Below, one piece after another: positions 17,745 through 28,954 of a stretch of DNA of 64,000 nt; the first letter of the stretch is position 1, and the number at the start of each line of letters is the position of its first letter. Source of the DNA: Gemmatimonadales bacterium. GTDB taxonomy: Bacteria; Gemmatimonadota; Gemmatimonadetes; Gemmatimonadales; GWC2-71-9. The stretch spans positions 3,501 to 67,500 of the forward strand of contig DAINRR010000001.1 of NCBI GenBank assembly GCA_036741715.1, in the 5' to 3' direction. Position numbers and translations under genes: made by a program. The notes under the pieces were generated by a model. The model did no database searches. It had not been told where the DNA came from and worked only from the letters and a program-made list of their open reading frames with translations.

Positions 17745-19256
17745 GTGGGTTTCGAGGAACTGCACGTCGCGGCCGCCGCCGCCGGGGCACTGGACGCCAT
17801 GGGGTGGGACGCGGGCAGCGCGATGGCGCGCGACATGGCGCCGACCGCGGCACGCGGACACAATCTCGTCGCGGTGACGCCGCCGTCGCCTGCGTACTCG
17901 GCGCCGGCCCTCGCCGGCCTCCTCGGCCGCAGCGGCAACGGAGCGCAGCTGCTCCTCCTCGTTCCCGCCGCCGAGATCGACGCCTGGGGTGCCCTGGTCA
18001 ACCGGCTCGCCCGCGAGCTTCCGCTCCGGGTCCAGGCCGCACGCGGCGAGGCCCGGGCGCTGCGCCGGCTCCGTGCCGGCGCGCTCGATGTCCTCATCAC
18101 CGCGCCCGACACGGCGCTTTCCCTTCTCCGCCGTTCCGCGCTCAAGCCGGAAACGCTCGGCGCCGTCTTCATCGCCTGGCCGGAGCGCCTCGAGGATGCG
18201 GACGCGCTCACCGAGCTGATGCACGACCTGCCGAAGGATGCGCAGCGGGTCGTGGTGACGTCGCTGCCCGAGCGTGCCGCGGACCTCGTCGAACGCTACG
18301 CCCGGAAAGCGCTCACCGTGGCAGCGACGACGCCGGCCGGTCCGGATGCCCCGGGTTCGGGCGCAGTGCGCACGGCCTCGGTCGGGTGGGAACGCCGGGT
18401 GCAGGCGCTGGCCGAGCTCGTCGAGCTGCTCGATCCCGCATCCGTCGCCATCTGGGCCGCGGACCGAAGCTACGAGAGCGAGATCGCGCGCGCCGTGCCG
18501 CTCGGCGATGACGCAGTCCGGTTCGCCACGGGAGACGCGCCGCCCGCCGAGCTGGTGATCGCCTTCGATCTGCCGGATGCCGGGCGCCTGGCGCAGCTTC
18601 GCGCAGCGGGAAGCGTGGTGCTCCTCGTCCCGGCGGGGACCGAACAGTACGTCGCGCGGATCGCGGGGTCGGCGAGTGCGATCCGGGTGCCCGGCCAGGT
18701 GGACGTCGCGACGCGCGAGGCCGGGAAGCGACGCGCGACGATCGCGGCCCGGCTCACCGATGGTGCGCCGGAGCACGCGCTCCTCGCGCTCGCCCCGCTC
18801 TTCGAGCGGCACGATCCATCGGCGGTGGCTGCCGCGCTGTACGAGCTCTGGCTCGAACGAGGGACGGTTGCGGCGGCGCCATCGGCTGGTGCGGCGGCCC
18901 CGGCGGAGGCCCAGGCCGCCACCGGGAAGATCTGGGTCGGCATCGGCAGGAACGACGGCGCCACTGCCGCCGACTTTGTCGGGACGATGACGAAGGAGCT
19001 GCGCATCGATCGCGCGAGCATCGGGCGGATCGAGCTGAAGGACTCGTTCTCGCTGATCGAGGTGCCGGCTGCGGACGTCGAGCGGATCGCCGGCGCCCTC
19101 AACGGCATCACCATCCGGCGCAAGCGCCTCGCGGCCCGCGCCGACCGCGGCCAGACCCGCGATCGCCCCACCTCCCGCGACCACAGCGGCCCCCGAGACC
19201 GCACCGGCCCCCGAAAGCCCCCCTCCGGCAACCGCCCTCCGCGCCGGCCGGCATAG
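17745..19256 (+). CDS. DEAD-box-helicase-like protein with degenerate catalytic motifs and a DbpA-type C-terminal RNA-binding domain
   Basis: GTG at 17745 (GAGGG 4 nt upstream) gives (M)GFEELHV..., typical of DEAD-box N-termini. The tracked TTG at 17727 is the alternative. The two-RecA-domain layout is recognisable, but motif I reads AVTPPSPAYS, motif II reads IAWPERL and motif III reads TSL. The C-terminus (KIWVGIGRNDGATAADFVGTMTKELRIDRASIGRIELKDSFSLIEVPAADVERI) is DbpA-like, followed by an Arg/Pro-rich tail. Confidence 0.7.
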   Translation: MGFEELHVAAAAAGALDAMGWDAGSAMARDMAPTAARGHNLVAVTPPSPAYSAPALAGLLGRSGNGAQLLLLVPAAEIDAWGALVNRLARELPLRVQAARGEARALRRLRAGALDVLITAPDTALSLLRRSALKPETLGAVFIAWPERLEDADALTELMHDLPKDAQRVVVTSLPERAADLVERYARKALTVAATTPAGPDAPGSGAVRTASVGWERRVQALAELVELLDPASVAIWAADRSYESEIARAVPLGDDAVRFATGDAPPAELVIAFDLPDAGRLAQLRAAGSVVLLVPAGTEQYVARIAGSASAIRVPGQVDVATREAGKRRATIAARLTDGAPEHALLALAPLFERHDPSAVAAALYELWLERGTVAAAPSAGAAAPAEAQAATGKIWVGIGRNDGATAADFVGTMTKELRIDRASIGRIELKDSFSLIEVPAADVERIAGALNGITIRRKRLAARADRGQTRDRPTSRDHSGPRDRTGPRKPPSGNRPPRRPA

Positions 19257-19264
19257 CTTTCTTG

Positions 19265-19380
19265 TCGAACGCGAAGGCACGAAGCCGCGAAGGCCCGAAG
19301 AAAAAAATGCGCGCCCGGGTCGGACAGACCGGGCGCGTTTCATGCCTTCGCGGCTTCGTGCCTTCGTGCCTTCGTGTCGA
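19265..19380. repeat. Octamer-built inverted-repeat element, unit CGAAGGCA/CGAAGCCG, enclosing a terminator hairpin
   Basis: Perfect 23-nt arms are 19272-19294 (cgaaggcacgaagccgcgaaggc) and 19344-19366 (gccttcgcggcttcgtgccttcg). The right arm carries one extra cgaaggca unit, and outer tcga bases pair (19265-68 with 19377-80). The element sits between two convergent stops (19256 and 19392). Confidence 0.85.
19301..19340. terminator. Bidirectional intrinsic terminator between convergent genes
   Basis: An A7 run (19301-19307) is followed by an 11-bp GC-rich stem with one bulge (19310-19321 / 19327-19337) and loop ggaca, then TTT (19338-19340). The A-run upstream and T-run downstream allow it to work on both strands. 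Confidence 0.6.
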
Positions 19381-19391
19381 AATACAAGCAA

Positions 19392-19688
19392 TCAACCGCT
19401 CCGCCGCCGGTTGACGGTGTCCTTGAGCGCCTTCCCCGGCCGGAACGCCGGCACCACCGACGCCTTGATGCTGATCACTTCGTTCGTGGCGGGGTTGCGG
19501 CCCTTCCGCGCGGCGCGCTTGCGGGGCTCGAAGTTGCCGAAGCCGCTGATCTGGACCTTGCCCCCTCGCTTGAGCTCCGTCGCGATGAGCCCGTCGGTCG
19601 CGAAGAAGAGGTCCACGATCTCCGCCGCCGCGGCCTTCGACTTCTCGAGTTTCCGTGCGACTGCGTCGATCATGTCCTGCCTGTTCAC
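19392..19688 (-). CDS. hup: HU family nucleoid-associated DNA-binding protein
   Basis: GTG at 19688 with AGGAG 7 nt upstream gives (M)[28 protein letters not shown]...[42 protein letters not shown], the canonical HU sequence, 98 aa. Confidence 0.9.
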   Translation of the reverse strand: MNRQDMIDAVARKLEKSKAAAAEIVDLFFATDGLIATELKRGGKVQISGFGNFEPRKRAARKGRNPATNEVISIKASVVPAFRPGKALKDTVNRRRSG

Positions 19689-19783
19689 GGCGCGCTCCTG
19701 ACGGATGGGCGGCATTCGCGGCTCCAGCGGGGCGACAATATGCCCCGCTGTCGCGAGTCGCCGCAAGATCGCTCGATCGGCGC

Positions 19784-19812
19784 TTGACCGCGCTCCCGCC
19801 GCGGCTTAATCT
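19784..19812 (+). promoter_or_regulatory. Candidate sigma70-type promoter for tdk
   Basis: TTGACC (19784-19789), a 17-nt spacer, then TAATCT (19807-19812). It lies 25 nt upstream of the tdk ATG, with AGAGGA in between. Confidence 0.35.
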
Positions 19813-19837
19813 CTCCCGCCCCCGCCAGAGGATCGAT

Positions 19838-20464
19838 ATGCACCAACCCTCCCGTCCCGGCTGGATCGAGGTCATCAGCGGCGTGATGTTCAGCGGCAAG
19901 AGCGAGGAGCTCATCCGCCGAGTGCGGCGCGGCATCATCGCGCGGCGCCGCGTGCAGGTCTTCAAGTCGCACCTCGACAGCAGGTACGCGGGGCTCTACA
20001 GCGTCGCCAGCCACAACGGGACCGAGCTCGACGCGGCGCCGGTGGATTCGTCCGCCGAAATCTTCCGCCAGGTGCGTCCCGACAGCGACATCATCGCGAT
20101 CGACGAGGCGCAGTTTCTCGACGAGGGGCTGGTCGAGGTCGTCACGGCGCTCGCGGCGAGCGGCAAGCGCGTGATCCTCGCCGGCACCGACACCGATTTC
20201 CGGGGCGAGCCGTTCGGCCCGATGGGCTCGCTCATGTGCATCGCGGAGACGGTGGACAAGCTCCGCGCCATCTGCGTCGTCTGCGGTGACCTCGCCTGCC
20301 GCAACCAGCGCCTCATCGACGGCCGGCCCGCGCGCTACGACTCTCCCACGATCATGGTGGGCGGGCGCGAGAGCTACGAGGCCCGCTGCCGCCACTGCCA
20401 CGCGGTGCCGCGCGCGGACGAAGATCAGGCGGTGCTCGGACTCCGGGAGGCGGTGGCGGGATGA
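19838..20464 (+). CDS. tdk: Thymidine kinase
   Basis: An internal ATG at 19838 gives [28 protein letters not shown] (P-loop), AIDEAQFL, and a zinc ribbon ([13 protein letters not shown]...CRHCH). Confidence 0.92.
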   Translation: MHQPSRPGWIEVISGVMFSGKSEELIRRVRRGIIARRRVQVFKSHLDSRYAGLYSVASHNGTELDAAPVDSSAEIFRQVRPDSDIIAIDEAQFLDEGLVEVVTALAASGKRVILAGTDTDFRGEPFGPMGSLMCIAETVDKLRAICVVCGDLACRNQRLIDGRPARYDSPTIMVGGRESYEARCRHCHAVPRADEDQAVLGLREAVAG

Positions 20465-20482
20465 AGCCGCTATCATCCCTCC

Positions 20483-21082
20483 ATGCTCTCCGTCGCCCTC
20501 ACGGGTAACATTGCTTCCGGCAAGAGCATCGTCGCCGAATTCTTCCGGCACTGGGGCGCGACGGTCATCGACGCCGACGAGCTGGTGCGCGAGCTCCAGG
20601 CGAAGGATGCTCCGCTCCTCGCCCGCATCGTCTCCCGGTTCGGGGCCGGTGTTCTCCGGGCGGACGGCGAGCTCGACCGTCCCGCCCTCCGCGCGCTCGT
20701 CTTCGCCGACCCGGCCGCCCTCGCCGACCTCAACGCCCTCGTCCATCCCGAAGTCGAGCGCCGGCGCGCCGAACTCGTCGAGGAAGCTCGTGGGCGGGGC
20801 GACGCGATCGTCGTGAGCGACATCCCTCTGCTCTTCGAGGTGGGCCGTCCCGAGGCATTCGACGCCGTGGTGCTGGTGGACGCTCCGGAGCCGCTCCGGC
20901 TGGAGCGGCTCGTCCGGTTTCGCGGGCTCGACCGGACGACGGCCCAGGCCATGATCGCGGCGCAGGCGCCCTCCGGCCCCAAGCGCGCGCGAAGCCGCTT
21001 CGTGATCGACAACGACGGGGACCTCGAGGCACTGGAACGGGCTTCCTCCGCGGTCTGGCGCGCACTCACCGCTCTTGCTTGA
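20483..21082 (+). CDS. coaE: Dephospho-CoA kinase
   Basis: Tracked ORF of 199 aa. The N-terminus is LSVALTGNIASGKSIVAEFFRHWGATVIDADELV. Confidence 0.9.
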   Translation: MLSVALTGNIASGKSIVAEFFRHWGATVIDADELVRELQAKDAPLLARIVSRFGAGVLRADGELDRPALRALVFADPAALADLNALVHPEVERRRAELVEEARGRGDAIVVSDIPLLFEVGRPEAFDAVVLVDAPEPLRLERLVRFRGLDRTTAQAMIAAQAPSGPKRARSRFVIDNDGDLEALERASSAVWRALTALA

Positions 21083-21139
21083 TTTCCCCCAGCGGCGACT
21101 CTATCCTCTCCGCAGCCCAACCCTCATCCGGGAGTCTTC

Positions 21140-21529
21140 GTGTCCAACGTTCCGGGCGATCTCCGCTACACTGCCGAGCACGAGTACGTGCGCCAGGGCG
21201 ATGACCGGGCGGTCGTCACCATCGGGATCACCGATTACGCCCAGGGCGAGCTCGGCGACGTCGTCTACGTGAGCCTTCCGAGGGTCGGCGAGACGTTCGA
21301 GGCGCATCAGCCGTTCGGGACGATCGAGGCGGTCAAGGCGGTGTCCGAGCTCTACATGCCGCTCGCCGGGGAGATCGTCGAGATCAACGGCGCGCTCGAT
21401 GCGGACCCCGCGGTCGTCAACCGCGATCCGTACGGCGACGGCTGGATGGTCAAGGTGCGGCTCTCGGACGCCGGCGCCGTCGCCTCGCTCCTCGACGCCG
21501 GAGCCTACCGCGCGCACATCGGCGAGTAG
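21140..21529 (+). CDS. gcvH: Glycine cleavage system H protein
   Basis: Tracked ORF of 129 aa with a GTG start. Motifs are YTAEHEYV and the lipoyl-lysine context GTIEAVKAVSELYMP. Confidence 0.93.
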   Translation: MSNVPGDLRYTAEHEYVRQGDDRAVVTIGITDYAQGELGDVVYVSLPRVGETFEAHQPFGTIEAVKAVSELYMPLAGEIVEINGALDADPAVVNRDPYGDGWMVKVRLSDAGAVASLLDAGAYRAHIGE

Positions 21530-21646
21530 GGTGCGGGGGGAAATGGAACAGAGCAGCCGACGCCCCGGGAGGAGACTCCACGGGGCGTCCGTACTTCGGA
21601 CGCCGCCGCGGCGCCCGGCACTCATTCGCAGCAGGAGCAGCATTCG

Positions 21647-24568
<2,922 letters not shown>

Positions 24569-24587
24569 GTGGTCGGACGCGCCAGGG

Positions 24588-24689
24588 GACGGAACGACGG
24601 AATGACGGAAGGACGGAAGATCGACGGCGGGGGCTCTGCCGCGCTGGCGGAGCACCCCTTCCGTCTTTCCGTCTTTCCGTCCTTCCGTC
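24588..24689. repeat. Octamer-built inverted-repeat element, unit GACGGAAN
   Basis: The 32-nt arms are 24588-24619 (4 x GACGGAAN) and 24658-24689 (cttccgtctttccgtctttccgtccttccgtc). All 3 arm mismatches fall on the degenerate 8th base. The spacer is 38 nt. The element starts 19 nt after the gcvP stop. Confidence 0.85.
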
Positions 24690-24699
24690 TCTGGTACGA

Positions 24700-24722
24700 C
24701 CCCACCCCCCACCCCGCCCCCC
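24700..24722. other. C4-C6-C4-C6 tract (G-quadruplex motif on the minus strand, i-motif motif on the plus strand) directly upstream of a start codon
   Basis: The sequence is CCCC a CCCCCC a CCCC g CCCCCC at 24700-24722, which is four G-runs of at least 4 with 1-nt loops on the complementary strand. It ends 5 nt before the ATG at 24728 and occupies the position where a Shine-Dalgarno would be expected. Confidence 0.6.
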
Positions 24723-24727
24723 GCAAC

Positions 24728-25441
24728 ATGGCCATCGACCAGTCCCTCCTCGATGCAGCCGAGCGGGGGCTCGGGGTGCTGCGGCTGTATCGATGGAGCC
24801 CGCCCGCCCTGTCCTTCGGCCGGAACGAACCGGCGCTCAGGCGATACGACCGATCCCGGATCGAGGCGCTCGGCCTGAGCGTCGTCCGCAGGCCGACCGG
24901 GGGGCGGGCTGTGTGGCACGCGAATGAGCTCACCTACGCCGTCGCGTGTCCCGCCGACTGGTTCGGCGACCTCCGAACCGCTTACCGCAGAATCCATGAG
25001 ATGCTTGCGGAAGCCGTTGCCTCGTTCGGCCTCCTCCCGCGGCTGGCGGCGGCGCCGGCGTCTGCGCAGCCGGTGGATGCGGGTGCCTGCTTCGCCGCTC
25101 CGGCGGGTGGCGAGGTGCTCGTCGCGGGTCGGAAGGTCGTCGGCAGCGCGCAGGTGCGGCAGGGCACGGCGCTCCTCCAGCACGGCTCGGTGCTCCTGGG
25201 CGGCACCCAGGAGCAGGTTGCGGCCGTTTCCGCCGGGCCTCCCGCCCCGTCCGGCGAGACCTCGCTCGGCGCGGCGCTTGGCCGTGCGGTCACTTTCGAC
25301 GAAATGGCGGCGGCCATCGCCCGCACCATCGGCGCATCGCTCGAAACGGAATCGACCCTCGGGGATCCGTCCGCCATCGTCGAAGCCGCAGCGGCCCATG
25401 AGTTGCAGTTTTCCTCCGATTCCTGGACCTGGCGACGCTGA
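24728..25441 (+). CDS. Lipoate-protein ligase / octanoyltransferase family protein (BPL/LplA/LipB catalytic domain)
   Basis: An internal ATG at 24728 gives MAIDQSLLDAAERGLGVLRLYRWSPPALSFGRNEP...RRPTGGRAVWH...GRKVVGSAQVRQGTALLQHGSVLL. The upstream part of tracked ORF 24569..25441 is just translation of the repeat element. Confidence 0.85.
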   Translation: MAIDQSLLDAAERGLGVLRLYRWSPPALSFGRNEPALRRYDRSRIEALGLSVVRRPTGGRAVWHANELTYAVACPADWFGDLRTAYRRIHEMLAEAVASFGLLPRLAAAPASAQPVDAGACFAAPAGGEVLVAGRKVVGSAQVRQGTALLQHGSVLLGGTQEQVAAVSAGPPAPSGETSLGAALGRAVTFDEMAAAIARTIGASLETESTLGDPSAIVEAAAAHELQFSSDSWTWRR

Positions 25442-25517
25442 ACCGCTTTGACCGATCCGTCGCCGGTCGTAGATTCCACGAGTCCTTCCCACCGCCAGGT
25501 AATCCGGAGCCACGACG

Positions 25518-27146
25518 ATGCGCCCTGTTCGCCTCGCCCTCGTGCCGCTCGTGCTGTGCACGCTGTCCGCCCCCGCCGCCGCGCAGGGCGGATCGGTGGT
25601 CATCATCACCGGCGAACACGCGACGGCCCCGGTCCCGACGATCGGCGATCAGACGACCGCCAACAATGACATCGCCGACCAGCTCTTCCTCCGGCTTGCC
25701 ATCCCGGCCCAGGGACGCCCGATGTCGGGTGACGACGGGTTCCGGCCGCAGCTCGCGCGGAGCTGGTCCCGCCGGGACTCGCTGACCCTCGTCTTCGATC
25801 TCGACCGCCGGGCGCGCTGGCACGACGGCACGCCCGTGACGTCCCGAGACGTCGTCTTCACCTTCGAGCGCGCGCTCGATCGCACGCTCGCGCCGGTGCA
25901 CGCGGGCCTGCTTCATCAGATCGAGTCGGTGCGCGCGGAAGGCGAGCACCGCGTAGCGTTCCGCTTCCGGAGCGCCTATTCCGACCAGCTCTTCGACGCC
26001 ACGCATTACGTGGCGCCCATCCCGGCGCATCTCGTCGCGGGCATTCCGCCCGGCGAGCTGCTGCGAAGTGCCTACGTGCGCGCTCCGGTCGGCAGCGGTC
26101 CCTTCCGCTGGGTGCGCAACGTCCCGGGCGAGTTCATCGAGCTCGCCGCGGTGCGCGACCATTTCCTGGGCCGCCCCGACGTCTCGCGCCTCGTCTTCCG
26201 CACCGTGACCGACGCCGACGCGCGCATCAACATGATGCTGAGCGGCGAGGGCGACGCCCTCTCCGGCGCGATCCCGCCGCTGGCCAACCGCGACCGCCTG
26301 CTCGCCACCGGTGAGATCCGGCTCGTCACGACGCCCTCGAACAGCATCGGGTACTTCCTCTTCAACCAGCGCGCGCCCGGGGATTCCGCACGCCCGCACC
26401 CGATCCTCGGCGACGTGCGCGTCCGCCAGGCGATCGTCGCGGCCCTGGACCGATCGGCGATGGTCCAGTCGGTGTTCGGCGCGTATGCGCAGGTCCCCTA
26501 CGGACCGGCGTCCGGCATGCTCTGGATCAGCGCGCTCGCTCCGAAGCCGGAGGGCCAGGATGTCGCGCGCGCCCGCCGGCTGTTCCGTGAAGCGGGCTGG
26601 AGCGACTCGAACGGCGACGGGTTGCTCGATCGCGGCGGCCGTCCGCTCACGCTCGCCGTGAACGTGCCGTCGACCAGCGCGGCGCGGCGCCAGATGGCGG
26701 TGCAGGCACAGGAGCAGCTCCGCCGGGTCGGCGTGCAGCTCGAGGTGCTCGTGCTCGAGCGGCCGGTCTGGCAGGAGCGCCACGTCACGGGGAATTTCGA
26801 CATCGGCTTCGGCTCCGCGACCCAGGACCCGACTCCGGCCGGTCTCACCCAGAGCTGGTCGTGCCGGGGCGGCACGAACGTCGCGCGCTACTGCAATCCC
26901 GTGGTGGACTCGCTGATGATGCGGGCGATCCTGTCGACCGGCGATGTCGCGCCGATCTGGCGCGAGGTCCTGGAGCGCGTGGAAGCCGATGCGCCGGCCG
27001 CATTCCTCTTCGCCCCGGTCGGGGTCGTCGCGGTGCACCGGCGGTACGAGCGCGTGGCGGTCACACCGGGCTCGCCGTGGCTCATGGTCCACGAGTGGCG
27101 GGTGCGGCGGGGCCAGGACCTTCCGCGGGATCGCGCCTCCCGCTAG
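25518..27146 (+). CDS. ABC transporter substrate-binding protein, family 5 (peptide/nickel type)
   Basis: Tracked ORF of 542 aa. Signal peptide is MRPVRLALVPLVLCTLSAPAAAQG. SBP_bac_5-like blocks are RWHDGTPVTSRDVVFTFER and PSNSIGYFLFN. Confidence 0.88.
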   Translation: MRPVRLALVPLVLCTLSAPAAAQGGSVVIITGEHATAPVPTIGDQTTANNDIADQLFLRLAIPAQGRPMSGDDGFRPQLARSWSRRDSLTLVFDLDRRARWHDGTPVTSRDVVFTFERALDRTLAPVHAGLLHQIESVRAEGEHRVAFRFRSAYSDQLFDATHYVAPIPAHLVAGIPPGELLRSAYVRAPVGSGPFRWVRNVPGEFIELAAVRDHFLGRPDVSRLVFRTVTDADARINMMLSGEGDALSGAIPPLANRDRLLATGEIRLVTTPSNSIGYFLFNQRAPGDSARPHPILGDVRVRQAIVAALDRSAMVQSVFGAYAQVPYGPASGMLWISALAPKPEGQDVARARRLFREAGWSDSNGDGLLDRGGRPLTLAVNVPSTSAARRQMAVQAQEQLRRVGVQLEVLVLERPVWQERHVTGNFDIGFGSATQDPTPAGLTQSWSCRGGTNVARYCNPVVDSLMMRAILSTGDVAPIWREVLERVEADAPAAFLFAPVGVVAVHRRYERVAVTPGSPWLMVHEWRVRRGQDLPRDRASR

Positions 27147-28115
27147 ATGGGGCGCTGGATCGCCGGGCGGCTCGCGCAGGCGATCGTCACCGCGGCAGTC
27201 GCCTCGGTGCTCGTCTTCTTCCTCATGCGCGCCGCGCCGGGCGATCCGCTCGCGCGCCTCAGCGAAGACCGGCAATTGACCGCGGACCAGGCGGCGGTGC
27301 TCCGCGAGCGCTACGGGCTCGATGCGCCGCTCGCGACGCAATTCGCCGCGTTCATCGGCGGCCTGCTCCGCGGCGATCTCGGCACGTCGATCGAGCATGG
27401 CCGCCCGGTCACCGCGCTCCTCGGCGAGCGCCTCCCTGCCTCGCTCCTCCTCGGCGGCACCGTCCTGTTCTTCACCTTCGGGCTCGGGGCCTGGCTCGGG
27501 GCGGTCCAGGCGATCCGCCGCGGCGCCTTCGACCGGGCACTCGGCGCGGCGTCCCTCGTCCTCTACGCGACCCCCTCGTTCTGGCTCGCGCTCGTCCTCG
27601 CCTGGCTCGTCGGCGTCGAGTGGCGCCTGCTTCCCGCCGCCGGGATGCGCGATCCGTTCCTTCCTGGGGACGCGGGCGCCGGCGAGCGCCTCGCCGACAT
27701 CGCGCGCCACCTCGTCCTCCCCGCGCTCACGCTCGCCGCCGTCAACATCGGGGCGACCATGCGGTACCAGCGCGCGGCGATGCTCGAAGCGCTCGAGCAG
27801 CCGTACATCGGCGCGGCTCGCGTGCGGGGGCTCGACGATCATCGCGTGCACTGGCGTCATGCCTGGCGCAACGCGCTCTTCCCCGTCGTGACGCTGTTCG
27901 GGCTCTGGCTGCCGCTCCTCGTGGCCGGCTCGGTGTTCGTCGAGAAGATCTTCGCGTGGCCCGGCCTCGGCGCGCTCGCGGCGGATGCGGTGGCCGCGCG
28001 CGACTATCCGCTCCTCATGGGCGCGAGCCTCCTCGTCACGGGGCTCGTCATCGTGGGCTCGCTCCTGGCGGACCTCGCCTACACCGCGCTCGACCCCCGC
28101 GTGCGGCGGCCTTGA
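27147..28115 (+). CDS. ABC transporter permease (DppB/OppB-like)
   Basis: Tracked ORF of 322 aa. The ATG directly abuts the SBP stop. It has the N-terminal RLAQAIVT...VFFLMRAAPGDP block and the EAA-loop region YIGAARVRGL. Confidence 0.9.
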   Translation: MGRWIAGRLAQAIVTAAVASVLVFFLMRAAPGDPLARLSEDRQLTADQAAVLRERYGLDAPLATQFAAFIGGLLRGDLGTSIEHGRPVTALLGERLPASLLLGGTVLFFTFGLGAWLGAVQAIRRGAFDRALGAASLVLYATPSFWLALVLAWLVGVEWRLLPAAGMRDPFLPGDAGAGERLADIARHLVLPALTLAAVNIGATMRYQRAAMLEALEQPYIGAARVRGLDDHRVHWRHAWRNALFPVVTLFGLWLPLLVAGSVFVEKIFAWPGLGALAADAVAARDYPLLMGASLLVTGLVIVGSLLADLAYTALDPRVRRP

Positions 28116-28954
28116 ACGATCGACCCTCGTACTTTCGCGCGGCGCTCGCCACTCCCGGCGGCCGTGCGGGCATGCTCGCCGTCGGTGCCATCGCACTCTT
28201 CGGCGTCGCCGCGCCGTTCTTCCTTCCCGACCCGGCCGCCCAGCCCGATATCGTGCGTGGAGCGCTGCAGCCGCCGTCGGCGCTCTCGCCGTTCGGCACC
28301 GACGAGTTGAGCCGGGATGTCCTGGCGCGCGTCGCGACCGGTGCGCGAGTCTCGCTCATGGTCGCGACGATCGCCGTCGTCCTGTCGGCGACGCTCGGGA
28401 CGCTCGTCGGCATCGTCGCCGGCTATGCGGGCGGTGCGGTGGACACCATCCTGATGCGGCTCGTGGACGGGGCACTCGCCGTCCCGCGGCTCTTCGTGCT
28501 CCTGCTGCTGCTCGCCGCCTGGGAGCGCATGCCCCTCATCGCGCTCATGATCATCATCGGCGTGACCGGATGGTTCGGCACGAGCCGCCTCGTCCGGGCG
28601 GAGGTCCTTCGCCTCCGGGAATCCGACTATGTGCGCGCCGCCGAAGCGCTGGGCGCGGGTCCCGGGCGCGTTATGTTTCGGCACCTGCTGCCGAACACGC
28701 TCGGCCCGCTCCTCGTCGCCGCCACGCTCGCCGTCGGCGACGTCATCCTGCTCGAAGCGGGACTCTCGTTCCTCGGCCTCGGTGTGCGGCCGCCCACCCC
28801 GTCGTGGGGCGGCATGATCTACGACGGGCGCGCCGTGCTCACCACGGCTCCGTGGGTGAGCATCTTTCCGGGGCTCGCCATCATTGCGACGGTACTCTCG
28901 GTGAACCTCCTGGCCGGCGGCCTCCGGGCCGCCCTCGATCCGCGAAAGGCATGA
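28112..28954 (+). CDS. ABC transporter permease (DppC/OppC-like)
   Basis: It lies in the frame of tracked ORF 26861..28954. TTG at 28112 overlaps the upstream stop (TTGA). ATG at 28172 is the alternative start. Blocks are [15 protein letters not shown] and the EAA loop [23 protein letters not shown]. Confidence 0.85.
   Translation: MNDRPSYFRAALATPGGRAGMLAVGAIALFGVAAPFFLPDPAAQPDIVRGALQPPSALSPFGTDELSRDVLARVATGARVSLMVATIAVVLSATLGTLVGIVAGYAGGAVDTILMRLVDGALAVPRLFVLLLLLAAWERMPLIALMIIIGVTGWFGTSRLVRAEVLRLRESDYVRAAEALGAGPGRVMFRHLLPNTLGPLLVAATLAVGDVILLEAGLSFLGLGVRPPTPSWGGMIYDGRAVLTTAPWVSIFPGLAIIATVLSVNLLAGGLRAALDPRKA

Noticed and set aside
21083-21139. A glycine riboswitch might lie upstream of gcvH or in the gcvH-gcvP spacer (21530-21646).
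   Set aside because: The 57-nt gcvH leader is too short. Neither region contains the conserved GGAGAG...CCGAAGGGGCAA...CUCAGGCAAAAGGAC-type segments.
24588-24689. The tandem short repeats at 5436-5586, 19265-19380 and 24588-24689 could be mini-CRISPR arrays.
   Set aside because: The units are only 8 nt and directly abutting, with no spacers. The two blocks are inverted relative to each other, and no cas genes are present. This geometry is a hairpin, not a repeat-spacer array.
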